A stretch of DNA of 64,000 nucleotides from a virus. Its lineage: Duplodnaviria > Heunggongvirae > Uroviricota > Caudoviricetes. The DNA is taken from IMG/VR virus record IMGVR_UViG_3300040781_000350; one strand, given 5' to 3'. The notes below the pieces were generated by a model, which worked only from the letters and a program-made list of their open reading frames with translations, was not told the DNA's origin and ran no database searches. Each line of letters begins with the position of its first letter. Positions within the stretch are counted from its first letter, which is position 1. Made by a program: the position numbers and the translations under genes. Shown one piece after another: positions 10,046 to 20,626 of this stretch.

Positions 10046-10864
10046 ATGAGATTAAGTATCAGCGGAACAGCAAGCATCGGAAAGTCAACATTAATAGGTG
10101 ATATGCTTGCTACATGGCCAGCATTCGAACACACAAAAGTGTCATATAGAGATATTCTTACGAATCAAAATTTACCACATAGTAAAGAGTCAACAAAAGA
10201 GACACAATGGGCTATTTTGAATCATATGGTTGATCAGATGCAAGGGTACACACCACAAGATAAAGTAATCTTTGATAGATGCCCTCTTGATAATTTAGTT
10301 TATAGCATGTGGTTATTTGATAAAGGTCTTGGTGGTGTCGACGAGAAGTTTATTGATAAGTGTCTTCCTATTGTATCTGAAAGTATGAAATCACTTGATA
10401 TCATATTTTTCATTCCTATGACAAAATTCAATAAAATGAATATTGTAGATAACGGTACAAGAGAAACAGATCCGGTTTACATTTCTGAAATTGATCAAAT
10501 ATTCAAAGGTCTCCAAGCTCAGTACCAACAGCACCCGCAAGAAAATCCTTTCTTTCCGCGAGATGATTCACCAGCTCTTATAGAGATTTTCGGATCAAGA
10601 AAAGAACGTATTCAAATGATAAAACTTTATCTTGATGATGATGGTGATGTTATTGGTGGGGAAAATGGAGCTAATGAAGTTTTCTCTCCGGAAAATATCA
10701 GTTTAGTTGAAGATCTTTTAAAGGAGCAACAAAAACTAAATGATAGTGAAAAAGCTTATACCGCTGAAATGGACAAAATTAAGGACTTTGTTAGACATAA
10801 CAAAGGTGTAGATGTCGGTGTTGATATCAGAAAGCTTTCAAAAGATAAATATGATCTTTATTAA
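10046..10864 (+). CDS. P-loop nucleotide kinase (AAA_28/dNMP kinase-like)
   Basis: GTASIGKST Walker A and DRCPLD motif; TTGAAA-N16-TATAAT promoter at 10012-10039. Confidence 0.75.
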   Translation: MRLSISGTASIGKSTLIGDMLATWPAFEHTKVSYRDILTNQNLPHSKESTKETQWAILNHMVDQMQGYTPQDKVIFDRCPLDNLVYSMWLFDKGLGGVDEKFIDKCLPIVSESMKSLDIIFFIPMTKFNKMNIVDNGTRETDPVYISEIDQIFKGLQAQYQQHPQENPFFPRDDSPALIEIFGSRKERIQMIKLYLDDDGDVIGGENGANEVFSPENISLVEDLLKEQQKLNDSEKAYTAEMDKIKDFVRHNKGVDVGVDIRKLSKDKYDLY

Positions 10865-11172
10865 GCGTTTGCTATGGTGGTTACAGTACCACTTGAACCT
10901 TTATATTTAAAAGCACCGTTCTGTACATAAAATGTACCACCATTTACTGGTGTATCAGGTTCGGATGTATTTTTAACTGTAATAGCAGTATCAAATGTAC
11001 CAGAACCTATATCAGCTATAGCTGATCCAAAAGTGGTGTTATCCAAATCAATGACAAAATTACTGAATGGTATTTTAAATGTACCGCCTTGTGTTTCTAC
11101 AATCAGATAATCACTAGGATTTATTTCGGATGCTTCTGGTAATGTTTTAATTGATTTTGAATTGCCTGCCAT
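10861..11172 (-). CDS. hypothetical protein, fibre-like N-terminus
   Basis: IKTLPEASEINPSDYLIV motif resembles tail-fibre anchoring segments. Confidence 0.55.
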   Translation of the reverse strand: MAGNSKSIKTLPEASEINPSDYLIVETQGGTFKIPFSNFVIDLDNTTFGSAIADIGSGTFDTAITVKNTSEPDTPVNGGTFYVQNGAFKYKGSSGTVTTIANA

Positions 11173-11218
11173 ACAATTATTTATTGGATTCTCAGAATTA
11201 ACAACATATAATCATGTT

Positions 11219-11818
11219 ATGTGGAAAATAGCTAAACAATTCGATTTCTGTTACGGTCATCGCGTATGGAATCAAACTCTCAATACTGACTTTTCGATTG
11301 ACGGTCGTTGTGTATGTCGTCACCTTCATGGTCACCAAGGAACAGTTAAAGTGTTTCTTGAAGGTGATGAATTAACAGCTGGTATGGTAACAGATTTTAA
11401 GCACCTTAACTGGTTAAAGAAATTTCTTGATGATGTTTTAGATCATAAGTTCATTATTGATAAGAATGATCCGATGATTGATGCTATTATACCATTCAAT
11501 TGTATTGATGGTGTTGAAAAACGAGAGAACGGTTGGGTATTTGATGGACAACTTAATATAACTACATTATGTTTTACAAAACATTTTATACACAACACAG
11601 GTTATTCGACGATTAATACAAATCTAATTGCAAAACAAACACCTGATATGCAAGATATTCTTGAAGGGTTCGTTATCGTGGATTTTATACCAACATCAGA
11701 AAATCTCTCTAAATGGATTTGTGATATTGCTAATGCAAAGATGAATAAGATTGGTGTGAAAGTAAGTAGGGTTCAATTCTTTGAAACTCCTAAATCACAA
11801 GCAAACTATTATGTGTAA
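11219..11818 (+). CDS. queD: 6-carboxy-5,6,7,8-tetrahydropterin synthase
   Basis: KQFDFCYGHR, CRHLHGH, MVTDF, LDHKF, PTSENL, ETP motifs; start at MWKIAK. Confidence 0.92.
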   Translation: MWKIAKQFDFCYGHRVWNQTLNTDFSIDGRCVCRHLHGHQGTVKVFLEGDELTAGMVTDFKHLNWLKKFLDDVLDHKFIIDKNDPMIDAIIPFNCIDGVEKRENGWVFDGQLNITTLCFTKHFIHNTGYSTINTNLIAKQTPDMQDILEGFVIVDFIPTSENLSKWICDIANAKMNKIGVKVSRVQFFETPKSQANYYV

Positions 11819-12116
11819 TAAATTAGGAGCTAAAAAACGACGAGAAATATGTCATCAGCGTTTAACAAGTGATGCAAATGATTCTTGGGCAAGAGTTGAA
11901 CTTTATAGATGGCAACATGGTCATTTACCATCAGGTGATGAACAAAAACCGTTAGATATTTCAGAAGGGTTGATGAAAATGTCGGAAGCTCTTATAGCAG
12001 GAAACAGTAATGCTGAAATACCTACACCATTTAATGTTTCATCTGTCTTAGCATATATTTCTAAAGAAATAAATAACCTTAAGGTCTCTCAAGAAACACC
12101 TCAAAATGGTCTTTAG
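11811..12116 (+). CDS. hypothetical protein
   Basis: ORF overlapping the queD stop; ATG 11811. Confidence 0.55.
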   Translation: MCNKLGAKKRREICHQRLTSDANDSWARVELYRWQHGHLPSGDEQKPLDISEGLMKMSEALIAGNSNAEIPTPFNVSSVLAYISKEINNLKVSQETPQNGL

Positions 12117-12603
12117 ATGTATTCCAGCCAGTGTTGTGTTTGAATGATTTTGTTTTATGTATCTCCTTTTCAAGAGCTTGAACGTATGAACCGAAATCGG
12201 AAAGAAACCAATCACCTTTAGATTTTTTGATACTTCTACATTCTAAATGATGCCAAACATCTCCTCGATAATTAAATTTTTTAGGTCTTAATGCTTTTCG
12301 CTTTTTTATATAGGTTTTACCGTTTTGTTCGTGCTCATAGTTGTAATCCGACTGTTTTAGCATTTTCTCAAATACATCAGGATTATCTTCTTTTGTTATC
12401 GGTCGTCCTTTTGAGTCTTTTAACTTAAAATCTGTTTTTGACGTAGTGCATTCTGCACCAAGAAGGAATGGTTCAATATGTGGCCAAGGAAACGCGTAAA
12501 TACCTTTTCTAGCAGGTGGTGTATGGTAACCAATATCACCTTGCTTGTGTAATTTAAACCCTCTTTGTCTAACTGGTGCAAGACCGCCCCATCTAATGAA
12601 CAT
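12079..12603 (-). CDS. hypothetical protein
   Basis: MFIRWGGL... ORF; start set at ATG 12603. Confidence 0.6.
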   Translation of the reverse strand: MFIRWGGLAPVRQRGFKLHKQGDIGYHTPPARKGIYAFPWPHIEPFLLGAECTTSKTDFKLKDSKGRPITKEDNPDVFEKMLKQSDYNYEHEQNGKTYIKKRKALRPKKFNYRGDVWHHLECRSIKKSKGDWFLSDFGSYVQALEKEIHKTKSFKHNTGWNTSKDHFEVFLERP

Positions 12604-12688
12604 GAGTTTATTATTTATGATTCTAATTGTGTTTCTACCTACAAACATTGTATCTTGATTATAATGTTACTTATGCTATAATCAACAT

Positions 12689-13528
12689 ATGGGTAAAATA
12701 GGAATTGCAATAATAACTTGTGATCGACCAAAATTTCTTGAAAAATGTTTGGAATCGATACCGTTTAATTATAATAGATCACCAAAAGTTGTAGTTAATG
12801 ATGGTAATCACAAATACAATCTTGAACAGATTGAAAACATGTATAGTAAGAAACTTGTATCTACCGACATGAAACTCATCCAGGAACACGGCAAGGAATA
12901 CCAGGGTGTTTGTAAGTCAAAGAATAAAGCTTTCAAATACCTTCTCGAACAAGATTGTGATTACATTTTTATCATAGAAGATGACATGGTCTTTACAGGT
13001 GATGTATTCGAGGAATATATCAGAGCTTATAAATCAACAGGTATTCATCACTTCAGCTTTGCTTACCATGGTCCTGCTAATAGAGGTAATGTATCCCATG
13101 GTACACCACAGCCACGTAAGGTGGTTAACTATGGTGATGTACAAATTTCTCTAAATGCTAACTGTGTCGGGGCTGTATGCTTTTACACACGTCAATGTCT
13201 TGAAGATGTAGGTTTGTTTGATGAAAACTTTGATAAAAATAACTTTGAACATGTTGATCATACATATAGATTAGCTAAAGCAGGTTATACCACACCTTAT
13301 TGGTGGTTTGCTGATATTGCAAACAGCTATGATTATATAGATGAACAAGCATGTAGTGAAGAAAATTCGTCTATCCGTAGAGGTGATAATTGGCAACAAA
13401 AAATATGGGAAAGTGCTCAGTTGTTTAAAGATAAACACGGATATATGCCAGCATGGCAAGGGTGTGTACCAGATACACCACTTGATAGTGTTTTAATCAA
13501 TCTCAAAAAGCTCTGTATAACAAGATGA
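12689..13528 (+). CDS. glycosyltransferase family 2
   Basis: IAIITCDRP, VVVND, IIEDD, FDENF..EHVD; TTGATT-N16-TATAAT promoter at 12655-12682. Confidence 0.85.
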   Translation: MGKIGIAIITCDRPKFLEKCLESIPFNYNRSPKVVVNDGNHKYNLEQIENMYSKKLVSTDMKLIQEHGKEYQGVCKSKNKAFKYLLEQDCDYIFIIEDDMVFTGDVFEEYIRAYKSTGIHHFSFAYHGPANRGNVSHGTPQPRKVVNYGDVQISLNANCVGAVCFYTRQCLEDVGLFDENFDKNNFEHVDHTYRLAKAGYTTPYWWFADIANSYDYIDEQACSEENSSIRRGDNWQQKIWESAQLFKDKHGYMPAWQGCVPDTPLDSVLINLKKLCITR

Positions 13529-15117
13529 ACAATCCAATATCATTGATTGTTGCATACAAGCCTGATACTATAGAACGTATCAAAAACCTTGTTCATTTCA
13601 AACTGTACTACTCTAATCTATTACCATTTGGCGAGATTATCGTCGTAGAAAGTGAAAACGATGTGTTTGAAAAATGTAAATTGTATAACGAAGGTTTTTC
13701 ACGTGCAAAATATGATACAGTATGCTTTATCGATAGTGATATATTTGTTTCCGAATCAGCATTACAGACAGCATATGATTATGCTCAGAATCCAGATAAC
13801 GTTGTATTAGGATATAGTGGTAATGCTATATACATGACATACAAGTTCAAAAATGAGTTAAAAACAGCATTTACATATGATGATCTTATCAAACCTATCA
13901 GACCATATGATCAATTAGTATTAAATGAAAAAACAGATGATTATCTTGTCGGTAATCTTAATGCAGTAGGTGGTTGCCTTATGATGCATAGAAAAGCTTT
14001 TGAAGATATCAATGGTTTCAATCCTAACTTTAAAAACTGGGGGTATGAAGATGATGAAATTGTTAAACGTGCTCATATTCTTAAGAAAAATGTTATTAAG
14101 CTGAAAAGATCGCAGCAAAACATGCTGATTCATCTTCCGCATCTAATAGCTAACCCAGATCGTTCAAAACATGAATTTTATGAACATAATCACAAGGTAG
14201 CAAGTGCACTCGGTAGAATGAACTTCGAACAAGCATCAGAATACATTAAAACATGGGAAATTGATGCTCCTCGAAAGGAGTTAATCGATGTTGATATAGA
14301 TGATACTAATTTTGTTGGTTATGATCCGAGCTGCTGTAGGTTTCAACGACCAACTCATTTTAATTGGGATGGATCACGCAACTCTAACAGTAAAAGCTTG
14401 TTCTTTACAGATAACACACTTAGAAACGCTAAAATACAGACAGAACAATTAAAAGTAGCATGGATACTTGAACCGAGAGCTGTTGCACCGCATGTTTATA
14501 GTTATATTGAACAGAATTACAAGGATTTCAACTATGTATTGACTTATGACAAGCAGCTCCTTAGTTTAGACAAGAGATTCTTGATATATCCATATGGTAC
14601 CAGTTGGGTACATAACTTCACTGATGAAAAACAGTTAACTAAGGAGAAACATATCTCAATCATTGCATCTACTAAGAATACAACAGTTGGGCATAGGTTA
14701 AGACATGAAGTAATACAAAAATTTGATATGCTTAACCATCCTTATATTGATGTATTCGGATCTGGTTATAATAAGATCGTTAATAAGAAGGATGCATTGG
14801 AAAAATATGAATTTTCAATTGTTATTGAGAACTCTATACAAGATACATACTTTACTGAAAAGCTCATTGATTGTTTTGCAACTAAAACAGTGCCAATTTA
14901 CTATGGTACTCCAGATGTTAACCATTACTTTAACAAAAACGGTATTTTGTTTTTTAGCACAGTAGATGAGCTTGAAACCATACTTCAAACACTTACAAAT
15001 CATAGTTATGATGGAATGAAATACGCAATTGAAGATAATTACAAGAGATACCAGGATTTTATAATTCCTGAAGATTATATCTACGAAAACTACAAATTTT
15101 TATTTGATGATGAATAA
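13525..15117 (+). CDS. two-domain glycosyltransferase: N-terminal GT2/GT7-like plus C-terminal GT10 (fucosyltransferase)-like
   Basis: N-term FIDSD, GGC, GFNPNFKNWGYEDD; C-term YEFSIVIENS..YFTEKLIDCF..TVPIYYG. Confidence 0.8.
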   Translation: MNNPISLIVAYKPDTIERIKNLVHFKLYYSNLLPFGEIIVVESENDVFEKCKLYNEGFSRAKYDTVCFIDSDIFVSESALQTAYDYAQNPDNVVLGYSGNAIYMTYKFKNELKTAFTYDDLIKPIRPYDQLVLNEKTDDYLVGNLNAVGGCLMMHRKAFEDINGFNPNFKNWGYEDDEIVKRAHILKKNVIKLKRSQQNMLIHLPHLIANPDRSKHEFYEHNHKVASALGRMNFEQASEYIKTWEIDAPRKELIDVDIDDTNFVGYDPSCCRFQRPTHFNWDGSRNSNSKSLFFTDNTLRNAKIQTEQLKVAWILEPRAVAPHVYSYIEQNYKDFNYVLTYDKQLLSLDKRFLIYPYGTSWVHNFTDEKQLTKEKHISIIASTKNTTVGHRLRHEVIQKFDMLNHPYIDVFGSGYNKIVNKKDALEKYEFSIVIENSIQDTYFTEKLIDCFATKTVPIYYGTPDVNHYFNKNGILFFSTVDELETILQTLTNHSYDGMKYAIEDNYKRYQDFIIPEDYIYENYKFLFDDE

Positions 15118-15871
15118 ACTATACTGGAGCGGAGGAGCTAACTTCGGAGATGCATTATCTCCGGTTTTATACAAGTTAATAACTGGTTTTGAACCTATTA
15201 GTGTTAACGAGCACCAATCACCCAAGCATGTAGCAATAGGATCTATATTAAACCATGCAAAACCAGGGGATACAGTGTGGGGATCCGGGTTGGCATGGCG
15301 ATATGATAAGGTTTCACAGGGTATTAACATAAAAGCAGTAAGAGGACCGTTATCCCGTGATATTTGCTTAAGAAATGGTGTTGATTGTCCTGAAATCTAC
15401 GGTGACCCAGCTATGTTACTACCTCGTTTCTTTGAAAAATCGGAAACACAGTATAAACTAGGTATAATACCACATATTGTTGATTTTAAGCTTGTAAACA
15501 TACCAGCTCAGTATAAAAATGATGTTTTGAAGATAGATTTAACACAATCGATTGATGAATGTATCAAAAACATAACAAGCTGTGATAAAATAGTGTCAAG
15601 TTCATTACATGGACTCATTGCAGCTGATGCATATAACATACCTAACACATGGTGTCGGTTTAGTAATGGTGTTTTAGGTGATGGTACGAAATTTGCTGAT
15701 CATTTCCTTGCTATAGGTAAACGAGATATGAAATGTATTGATTTATCACGGAACAACACAAAGAAATACTCATTTGATGATATTATTAACCATATAAACG
15801 ATTGTGATGTGTCTAAATATACAGATATACAGGGAGATGAATTGCTCAATGCATGTCCATTTGAATATTAA
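15104..15871 (+). CDS. polysaccharide pyruvyl transferase family protein
   Basis: NFGDALS, IGSIL, VWGSG, AVRGPLS, GDPAMLL, SSSLHGLIAADAYNIP. Confidence 0.85.
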   Translation: MMMNKLYWSGGANFGDALSPVLYKLITGFEPISVNEHQSPKHVAIGSILNHAKPGDTVWGSGLAWRYDKVSQGINIKAVRGPLSRDICLRNGVDCPEIYGDPAMLLPRFFEKSETQYKLGIIPHIVDFKLVNIPAQYKNDVLKIDLTQSIDECIKNITSCDKIVSSSLHGLIAADAYNIPNTWCRFSNGVLGDGTKFADHFLAIGKRDMKCIDLSRNNTKKYSFDDIINHINDCDVSKYTDIQGDELLNACPFEY

Positions 15872-15894
15872 CAATACCACACTTAAATACTACT

Positions 15895-16413
15895 ATGCCT
15901 TGTAACTTCAATCCTAAAGATCTTTGTGATCATAATATTTTCATTGAAACCGGTACGTATACAGGTGTAACAGTTGATAAATTTAAACATTTATACAAAA
16001 CATACCATACAATTGAAATAGTTGAACGGTTCTATAATGAAACTAAACATAGATTTGATAGCAATCCTGATATAGGTCATAATATCCAATTCCATCTTGG
16101 TCATTCACCTGTAATGATACAAAAAATACTAGATGAAATAGACGAACCGGTTACTTTTTGGCTTGATGCACACTATCAAGGTGGTCAACAGCCGGGTGAT
16201 ACAAGAGCTCCTATTAAAGATGAACTCAAAATTATCAAAAACCATCATATTAAGACACATATGATTATGATTGATGATGTGAGATTGTTTCAATCTTATG
16301 GTACATCAGTAAATGAAGTGACAAAGCTCATGCTTGATATAAATCCTGATTATACCATAGAACGAAAACTAGGGATTAAAGAAGGTGATGTAATTGTTGC
16401 ATATATTAAGTAA
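15895..16413 (+). CDS. class I SAM-dependent methyltransferase-like protein
   Basis: FIETGTYTG, FWLDAH, MIDD motifs. Confidence 0.7.
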   Translation: MPCNFNPKDLCDHNIFIETGTYTGVTVDKFKHLYKTYHTIEIVERFYNETKHRFDSNPDIGHNIQFHLGHSPVMIQKILDEIDEPVTFWLDAHYQGGQQPGDTRAPIKDELKIIKNHHIKTHMIMIDDVRLFQSYGTSVNEVTKLMLDINPDYTIERKLGIKEGDVIVAYIK

Positions 16414-16452
16414 TAAGGTTGAAAACTACTATCTATACAGTATAATTGTTAT

Positions 16453-17043
16453 ATGATTATAAAAAATATTGCTTGTTATGATGGTGAATTAATTCATGGA
16501 CGGTTTGCTTACGATTTCTTTCGTAAAAAGACACTACCTATCGGTAATATTGTTGCATTCCGTGCTCCTATGAACGTAGAAACGTCAGGAATGATTGACA
16601 AAGAGGATCTGATTTCTTCCGATTTCATTTACAGTGATGATGCATTGAGTTTCTGTTGGGAAATTCCCAATTTGTGCCCGACTGGTGCAGTAGCATTTCA
16701 AAGATTGTTTAATACTTTGATGGCAAACATTCTCAGTAGTAAATACCTCCAAAAACCTATTGAAGTTGATGGGGATGACCTTTTAGTTCATGATGAATTC
16801 GAAGGTAGTGATGGATCACTTCAAAAGGTTGGTAAATGTTCGGTGAGTATTACATATTCGAAGAATAATGTTGCAATTGGTCATACTGGTATCAATGTTA
16901 ATGCTGGTTCTAAAGCTCCTAACTTTGCATACGGTACAAAAATGACAGATGAACAGTGTAATCAGTTTATGCAAGATGTGATCGATATGTTTTACAATCT
17001 AGCTGATGATTTGTTTTTATCTTCAACCAAGATAACACTATAA
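16453..17043 (+). CDS. DUF366-like protein (lipoate/biotin ligase-like fold)
   Basis: YDG..IHGRFAY, GNIVAFRAP, AVAFQRL, GDDL, SVSI, HTGIN; promoter TTGAAA-N16-TATAAT at 16419-16446. Confidence 0.65.
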   Translation: MIIKNIACYDGELIHGRFAYDFFRKKTLPIGNIVAFRAPMNVETSGMIDKEDLISSDFIYSDDALSFCWEIPNLCPTGAVAFQRLFNTLMANILSSKYLQKPIEVDGDDLLVHDEFEGSDGSLQKVGKCSVSITYSKNNVAIGHTGINVNAGSKAPNFAYGTKMTDEQCNQFMQDVIDMFYNLADDLFLSSTKITL

Positions 17044-17045
17044 TC

Positions 17046-17327
17046 ATGAAAGAATCAAAAATATTCATATTTCAGCACGGTGAATCTGTTGATGATAGTC
17101 TTAGAAATATAGGATTGGAAGAATTGAGCCATTTACCATTTAAAACGCAAGTTGCGGACAATAAATGGCATGATATAGGTTCAGGTAAGTTAACAATGAT
17201 TTTTTACTGCATTAAAACACCAGCAGAAACTGTCGAACATGATGAATTTACACTTGTAAATATTTCAATTGAAGCAGCATATGTAGTTGTCCGGTACCCG
17301 AAAAAAGAAAATGAATCAGAAAACTGA
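17046..17327 (+). CDS. hypothetical protein
   Basis: 93 aa ORF in operon. Confidence 0.55.
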   Translation: MKESKIFIFQHGESVDDSLRNIGLEELSHLPFKTQVADNKWHDIGSGKLTMIFYCIKTPAETVEHDEFTLVNISIEAAYVVVRYPKKENESEN

Positions 17328-17478
17328 ACATGAACTTGATATTGCTATCACCACTGCTGAAAATCAGTGGAAAAAATATAGAAGAGAATCGCAAGATGCA
17401 AATCTCAAAGCTGGAATGGCTGAACAATTCTATTTTGAGTTGAAAAATCTCAAAGATAAATTAGAATCGACTATATGA
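17311..17478 (+). CDS. hypothetical protein
   Basis: ATG 17311, overlaps both neighbours. Confidence 0.5.
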   Translation: MNQKTEHELDIAITTAENQWKKYRRESQDANLKAGMAEQFYFELKNLKDKLESTI

Positions 17479-17840
17479 CAATATTTTCATACTTAAATTC
17501 ACTACTTTATTCGAAGAAACGTATTGATATGAACTGCGAAGACGAATCGCAGTTCAATCTTTATATGATTAACAGGTGGACAAGTATGTATTCACCAGAA
17601 TTGGCAAATTATGTCAATAACACTACAAATTACTACTGGAGTTTATTTGATGATAAGCGTAGTCAGTATGACTACTGTTATAATGTGCTTCCGAAGATTA
17701 GATTCAAGAGAATGCAGTACATTAAAAAGAATAAAGGCGAGAAAAAGGTAAAATCAGATGAACAACCAAGAATACCTGATTTTACCAGTCAAAGAGAGTA
17801 TAAAAACAATGTTGAACTACTTGAGCAGTTATGTAAATAA
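17475..17840 (+). CDS. clamp loader small subunit (T4 gp62-like)
   Basis: FSYLNSL, YMINRWTSM, QYDY....LPK...YIKK pattern. Confidence 0.7.
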   Translation: MTIFSYLNSLLYSKKRIDMNCEDESQFNLYMINRWTSMYSPELANYVNNTTNYYWSLFDDKRSQYDYCYNVLPKIRFKRMQYIKKNKGEKKVKSDEQPRIPDFTSQREYKNNVELLEQLCK

Positions 17841-17846
17841 CTGTAT

Positions 17847-18302
17847 ATGGCACAAGCAAGTATCGATTCCCTCGCTCCGAAAAGAAGTTTAATCAATCTA
17901 GATGATGAACGGTTAGATGATTTCGGAAATATAGTAACAGATGATTATATTCTGTCATTCATCTTTGATGATATCCTTCTCGTTAAATTCACTGATGAAG
18001 GTGATGATGAAGGTCAAGGAGATGTTGTTGAAAGAGGTGGTATTTTTATACCTGTTAACGCAATGCAACGTGCATGGCGGAAAGGTGTGGTATTAATGGC
18101 TGGACCTGAAGTGAAATACGTTAAAACAGGTCAGATTGTTATTTTTCCAAGCAACTATGGTGTTGGGCTTGGTAATGTCGAGATTAAAGACTATGGATTC
18201 CTTAAGAAAGGTATTTTCTTGAACGAAAGCCGTATATTTGGTATCTGTGATAAGAAGAATGAAGGTAAATCTACAAAGTCTAAGACAAAAGCTGCAAAAT
18301 AA
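17847..18302 (+). CDS. GroES-like co-chaperonin (gp31-like)
   Basis: DDILLV..ERGGIFIP...GVVLMAGP.V.YVKTGQIVIF. Confidence 0.7.
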   Translation: MAQASIDSLAPKRSLINLDDERLDDFGNIVTDDYILSFIFDDILLVKFTDEGDDEGQGDVVERGGIFIPVNAMQRAWRKGVVLMAGPEVKYVKTGQIVIFPSNYGVGLGNVEIKDYGFLKKGIFLNESRIFGICDKKNEGKSTKSKTKAAK

Positions 18303-18630
18303 CGTTTGTGAAATTCATTTTCTTCGTCGTCGACCTATAAAAGGTCATAGTCCTATAAGAAGAATGATATGTACACTCGATATGGGTTTGTTGACCAGTA
18401 ATGATGGTAAGATATCCCTTAATTTTAAGGCCGGATCTGGTCCATTACCGTATAATTCGATGGCGAAAAACTTACTTTGTGTGTGGGATATCTTTATGCA
18501 AGACTGGAGAATGATCAATATGGATGATTGTTATATTGATAATGAAATTCCTAACACACAATTTTGGGATTACTTTAATGAGAAGCTTCGACCAATGTCA
18601 GCTGATGAAAAAGCACAATATATGAAATAA
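18259..18630 (+). CDS. SH3-like beta-barrel protein (DUF2693-like)
   Basis: LRQKLQNNVCEIHF...RRMICTL...VWD....WR motif. Confidence 0.6.
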   Translation: MKVNLQSLRQKLQNNVCEIHFLRRRPIKGHSPIRRMICTLDMGLLTSNDGKISLNFKAGSGPLPYNSMAKNLLCVWDIFMQDWRMINMDDCYIDNEIPNTQFWDYFNEKLRPMSADEKAQYMK

Positions 18631-18632
18631 TT

Positions 18633-18971
18633 ATGATGAGTGAAAAGACAGTCGACATGCTCACAAAGTTTTTACTTAGAGATATTGTCATATTTAACGA
18701 AAAAAAGCAATTTAAACAAGGTAAACTGAAATTGTTTCATACTAAAGAGTTTTATTACATTTTAACTCTAGAAATGCCTGATGGGGGTATGAAAGATTAT
18801 GAAATTCCATACCCATTTGATATTGTTGATTATGGGGATCATTTAAAATTAGACTACACACTTGAACAATTTGCTCAGGAAAAAGATGACGTGTTTTTCA
18901 AATCGAAAATCATAAACACGAAGCGTAGAAGCAAGCTTTTCAACACAGTTGTTGTTTTATCAGCATACTAG
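18633..18971 (+). CDS. hypothetical protein
   Basis: 112 aa ORF in operon. Confidence 0.6.
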   Translation: MMSEKTVDMLTKFLLRDIVIFNEKKQFKQGKLKLFHTKEFYYILTLEMPDGGMKDYEIPYPFDIVDYGDHLKLDYTLEQFAQEKDDVFFKSKIINTKRRSKLFNTVVVLSAY

Positions 18972-18986
18972 ATTATAATCTAGTCA

Positions 18987-20618
18987 ATGATAAACAAATT
19001 ACTTAGCTCCTTCCCTGAAGGTTACGAGCCGAACACAGCTCAAACACAGATATTAACACAAATGCATAAAGCATTTGAGGATGGTTATAAGTTTGTTATT
19101 GTTTCTGCTCCAACTGGCTCAGGAAAAAGCTTCATATCAAAGACATTAGCAAATGCTAGCGATCGCTGCACTGACACATGGGACAAATTGATTACCAGCT
19201 ATGATGCTTTCCAGGTTAACCAAATGGGGGAATATACGAACGAAGAAGCCTGCTTAGATGAGCCGCCGCATGGTGCTTTTGCTTTAACAATTACAAAATC
19301 ACTTCAGGAGCAATACAAACAACTGTTCGATAGTGCTACATTACTTAAAGGTAAGAGTAATTACCCGTGCGAATTGGATAATGAGTTCGATGTAGAAACA
19401 GCACCATGTGTTTTTACTACAGGTCTTAAACAAACATGCTGGATGCAGAACAAATGTCTATATTACAATGCAAGAAACACTGCTTTAAAAAGTGATTTCA
19501 CTGCTTTGAACTATAAAATGTTTCTAAGCACACCAAACCATGTTAAACACAGAAATTATATTGTATGTGATGAAGCATCTGAACTAGAAGGTGAACTTGT
19601 AAGCCAATTTTCATGTAATATAACAAGAAGTAAATGGAAAAAAGCTGGGATCAACATACCAAAACTGCTTAGTAAGAAGCCATCTCAGATCAGACAATGG
19701 GTTATGGATATTATCGATGATGTTGAAACAGAACTGAGGAAATTGAAAGATAAGCTTGCGAAAAATCCAAAGCTTATGACGCAATCTGAAAAATACAAGT
19801 TTCTTGCATTGAGAACATTCAATATGAAGTTGTCGTTAATATACAAAACATGGCCAGACTGTGAATATGTAGCTCAAAATGATGATGATGAAATCAAATT
19901 AATGCCGCTTAAGATTGATACACTTACAGATACAATTTTTAAGTATGGTGATAAGATTGTTTTAATGTCTGCTACCATTATTGATCATAAAAACTTTGCT
20001 AAAACACTGGGTATAGACAAATACAAGTATATCGAAGTAGGTAGTGCATTTGATCCTGAAAAATCACCTATTCATATCAATACAAAGATAAGGCTCAACT
20101 ACAAAAACATGCAAACAAGTTTACCTACTGTGATTAAGCAAGTAAAACAACTCTGTGATCATCATAAAGGTGTAAAGGGCATCATTCATACACATACATC
20201 CTATATTGCTAACCAGATACAACGAGCTGTCGGTAATGACCCGAGGTTTTTGTTTAGAAATGATGAACAAAACAATGAACATATTCTTGAAATGCATGAA
20301 AATAGTAGTGAGCCTACTATACTCGTATCACCAAGCTTAGGATATGGTGTTGATCTCAAAGATGATCTTGCAAGATTTCAAATTATTGTAAAAGCTCCGT
20401 ATTTACCATTAGGTGATGAACGAATCAAAAAGCTCTTTGAACTAGATAAAAACTGGTACTCAAATGCAATGTTGTGTAATGTAGTTCAGCAATGCGGACG
20501 AGGAGTTCGTAATAAAAACGATTTCTGTGATACATATATCATGGACGGGTGCATTTATGACGCGATTGTCCGTAATAAAGACAAGCTTCCAAAGCATTTT
20601 ATTGATAGATTTGTTTAA
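18987..20618 (+). CDS. DinG/Rad3-like SF2 DNA helicase
   Basis: APTGSGKS, LKGKSNYPC, CDEAS, LMSATI, QQCGRGVR. Confidence 0.9.
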   Translation: MINKLLSSFPEGYEPNTAQTQILTQMHKAFEDGYKFVIVSAPTGSGKSFISKTLANASDRCTDTWDKLITSYDAFQVNQMGEYTNEEACLDEPPHGAFALTITKSLQEQYKQLFDSATLLKGKSNYPCELDNEFDVETAPCVFTTGLKQTCWMQNKCLYYNARNTALKSDFTALNYKMFLSTPNHVKHRNYIVCDEASELEGELVSQFSCNITRSKWKKAGINIPKLLSKKPSQIRQWVMDIIDDVETELRKLKDKLAKNPKLMTQSEKYKFLALRTFNMKLSLIYKTWPDCEYVAQNDDDEIKLMPLKIDTLTDTIFKYGDKIVLMSATIIDHKNFAKTLGIDKYKYIEVGSAFDPEKSPIHINTKIRLNYKNMQTSLPTVIKQVKQLCDHHKGVKGIIHTHTSYIANQIQRAVGNDPRFLFRNDEQNNEHILEMHENSSEPTILVSPSLGYGVDLKDDLARFQIIVKAPYLPLGDERIKKLFELDKNWYSNAMLCNVVQQCGRGVRNKNDFCDTYIMDGCIYDAIVRNKDKLPKHFIDRFV

Positions 20619-20626
20619 ATATTTAA

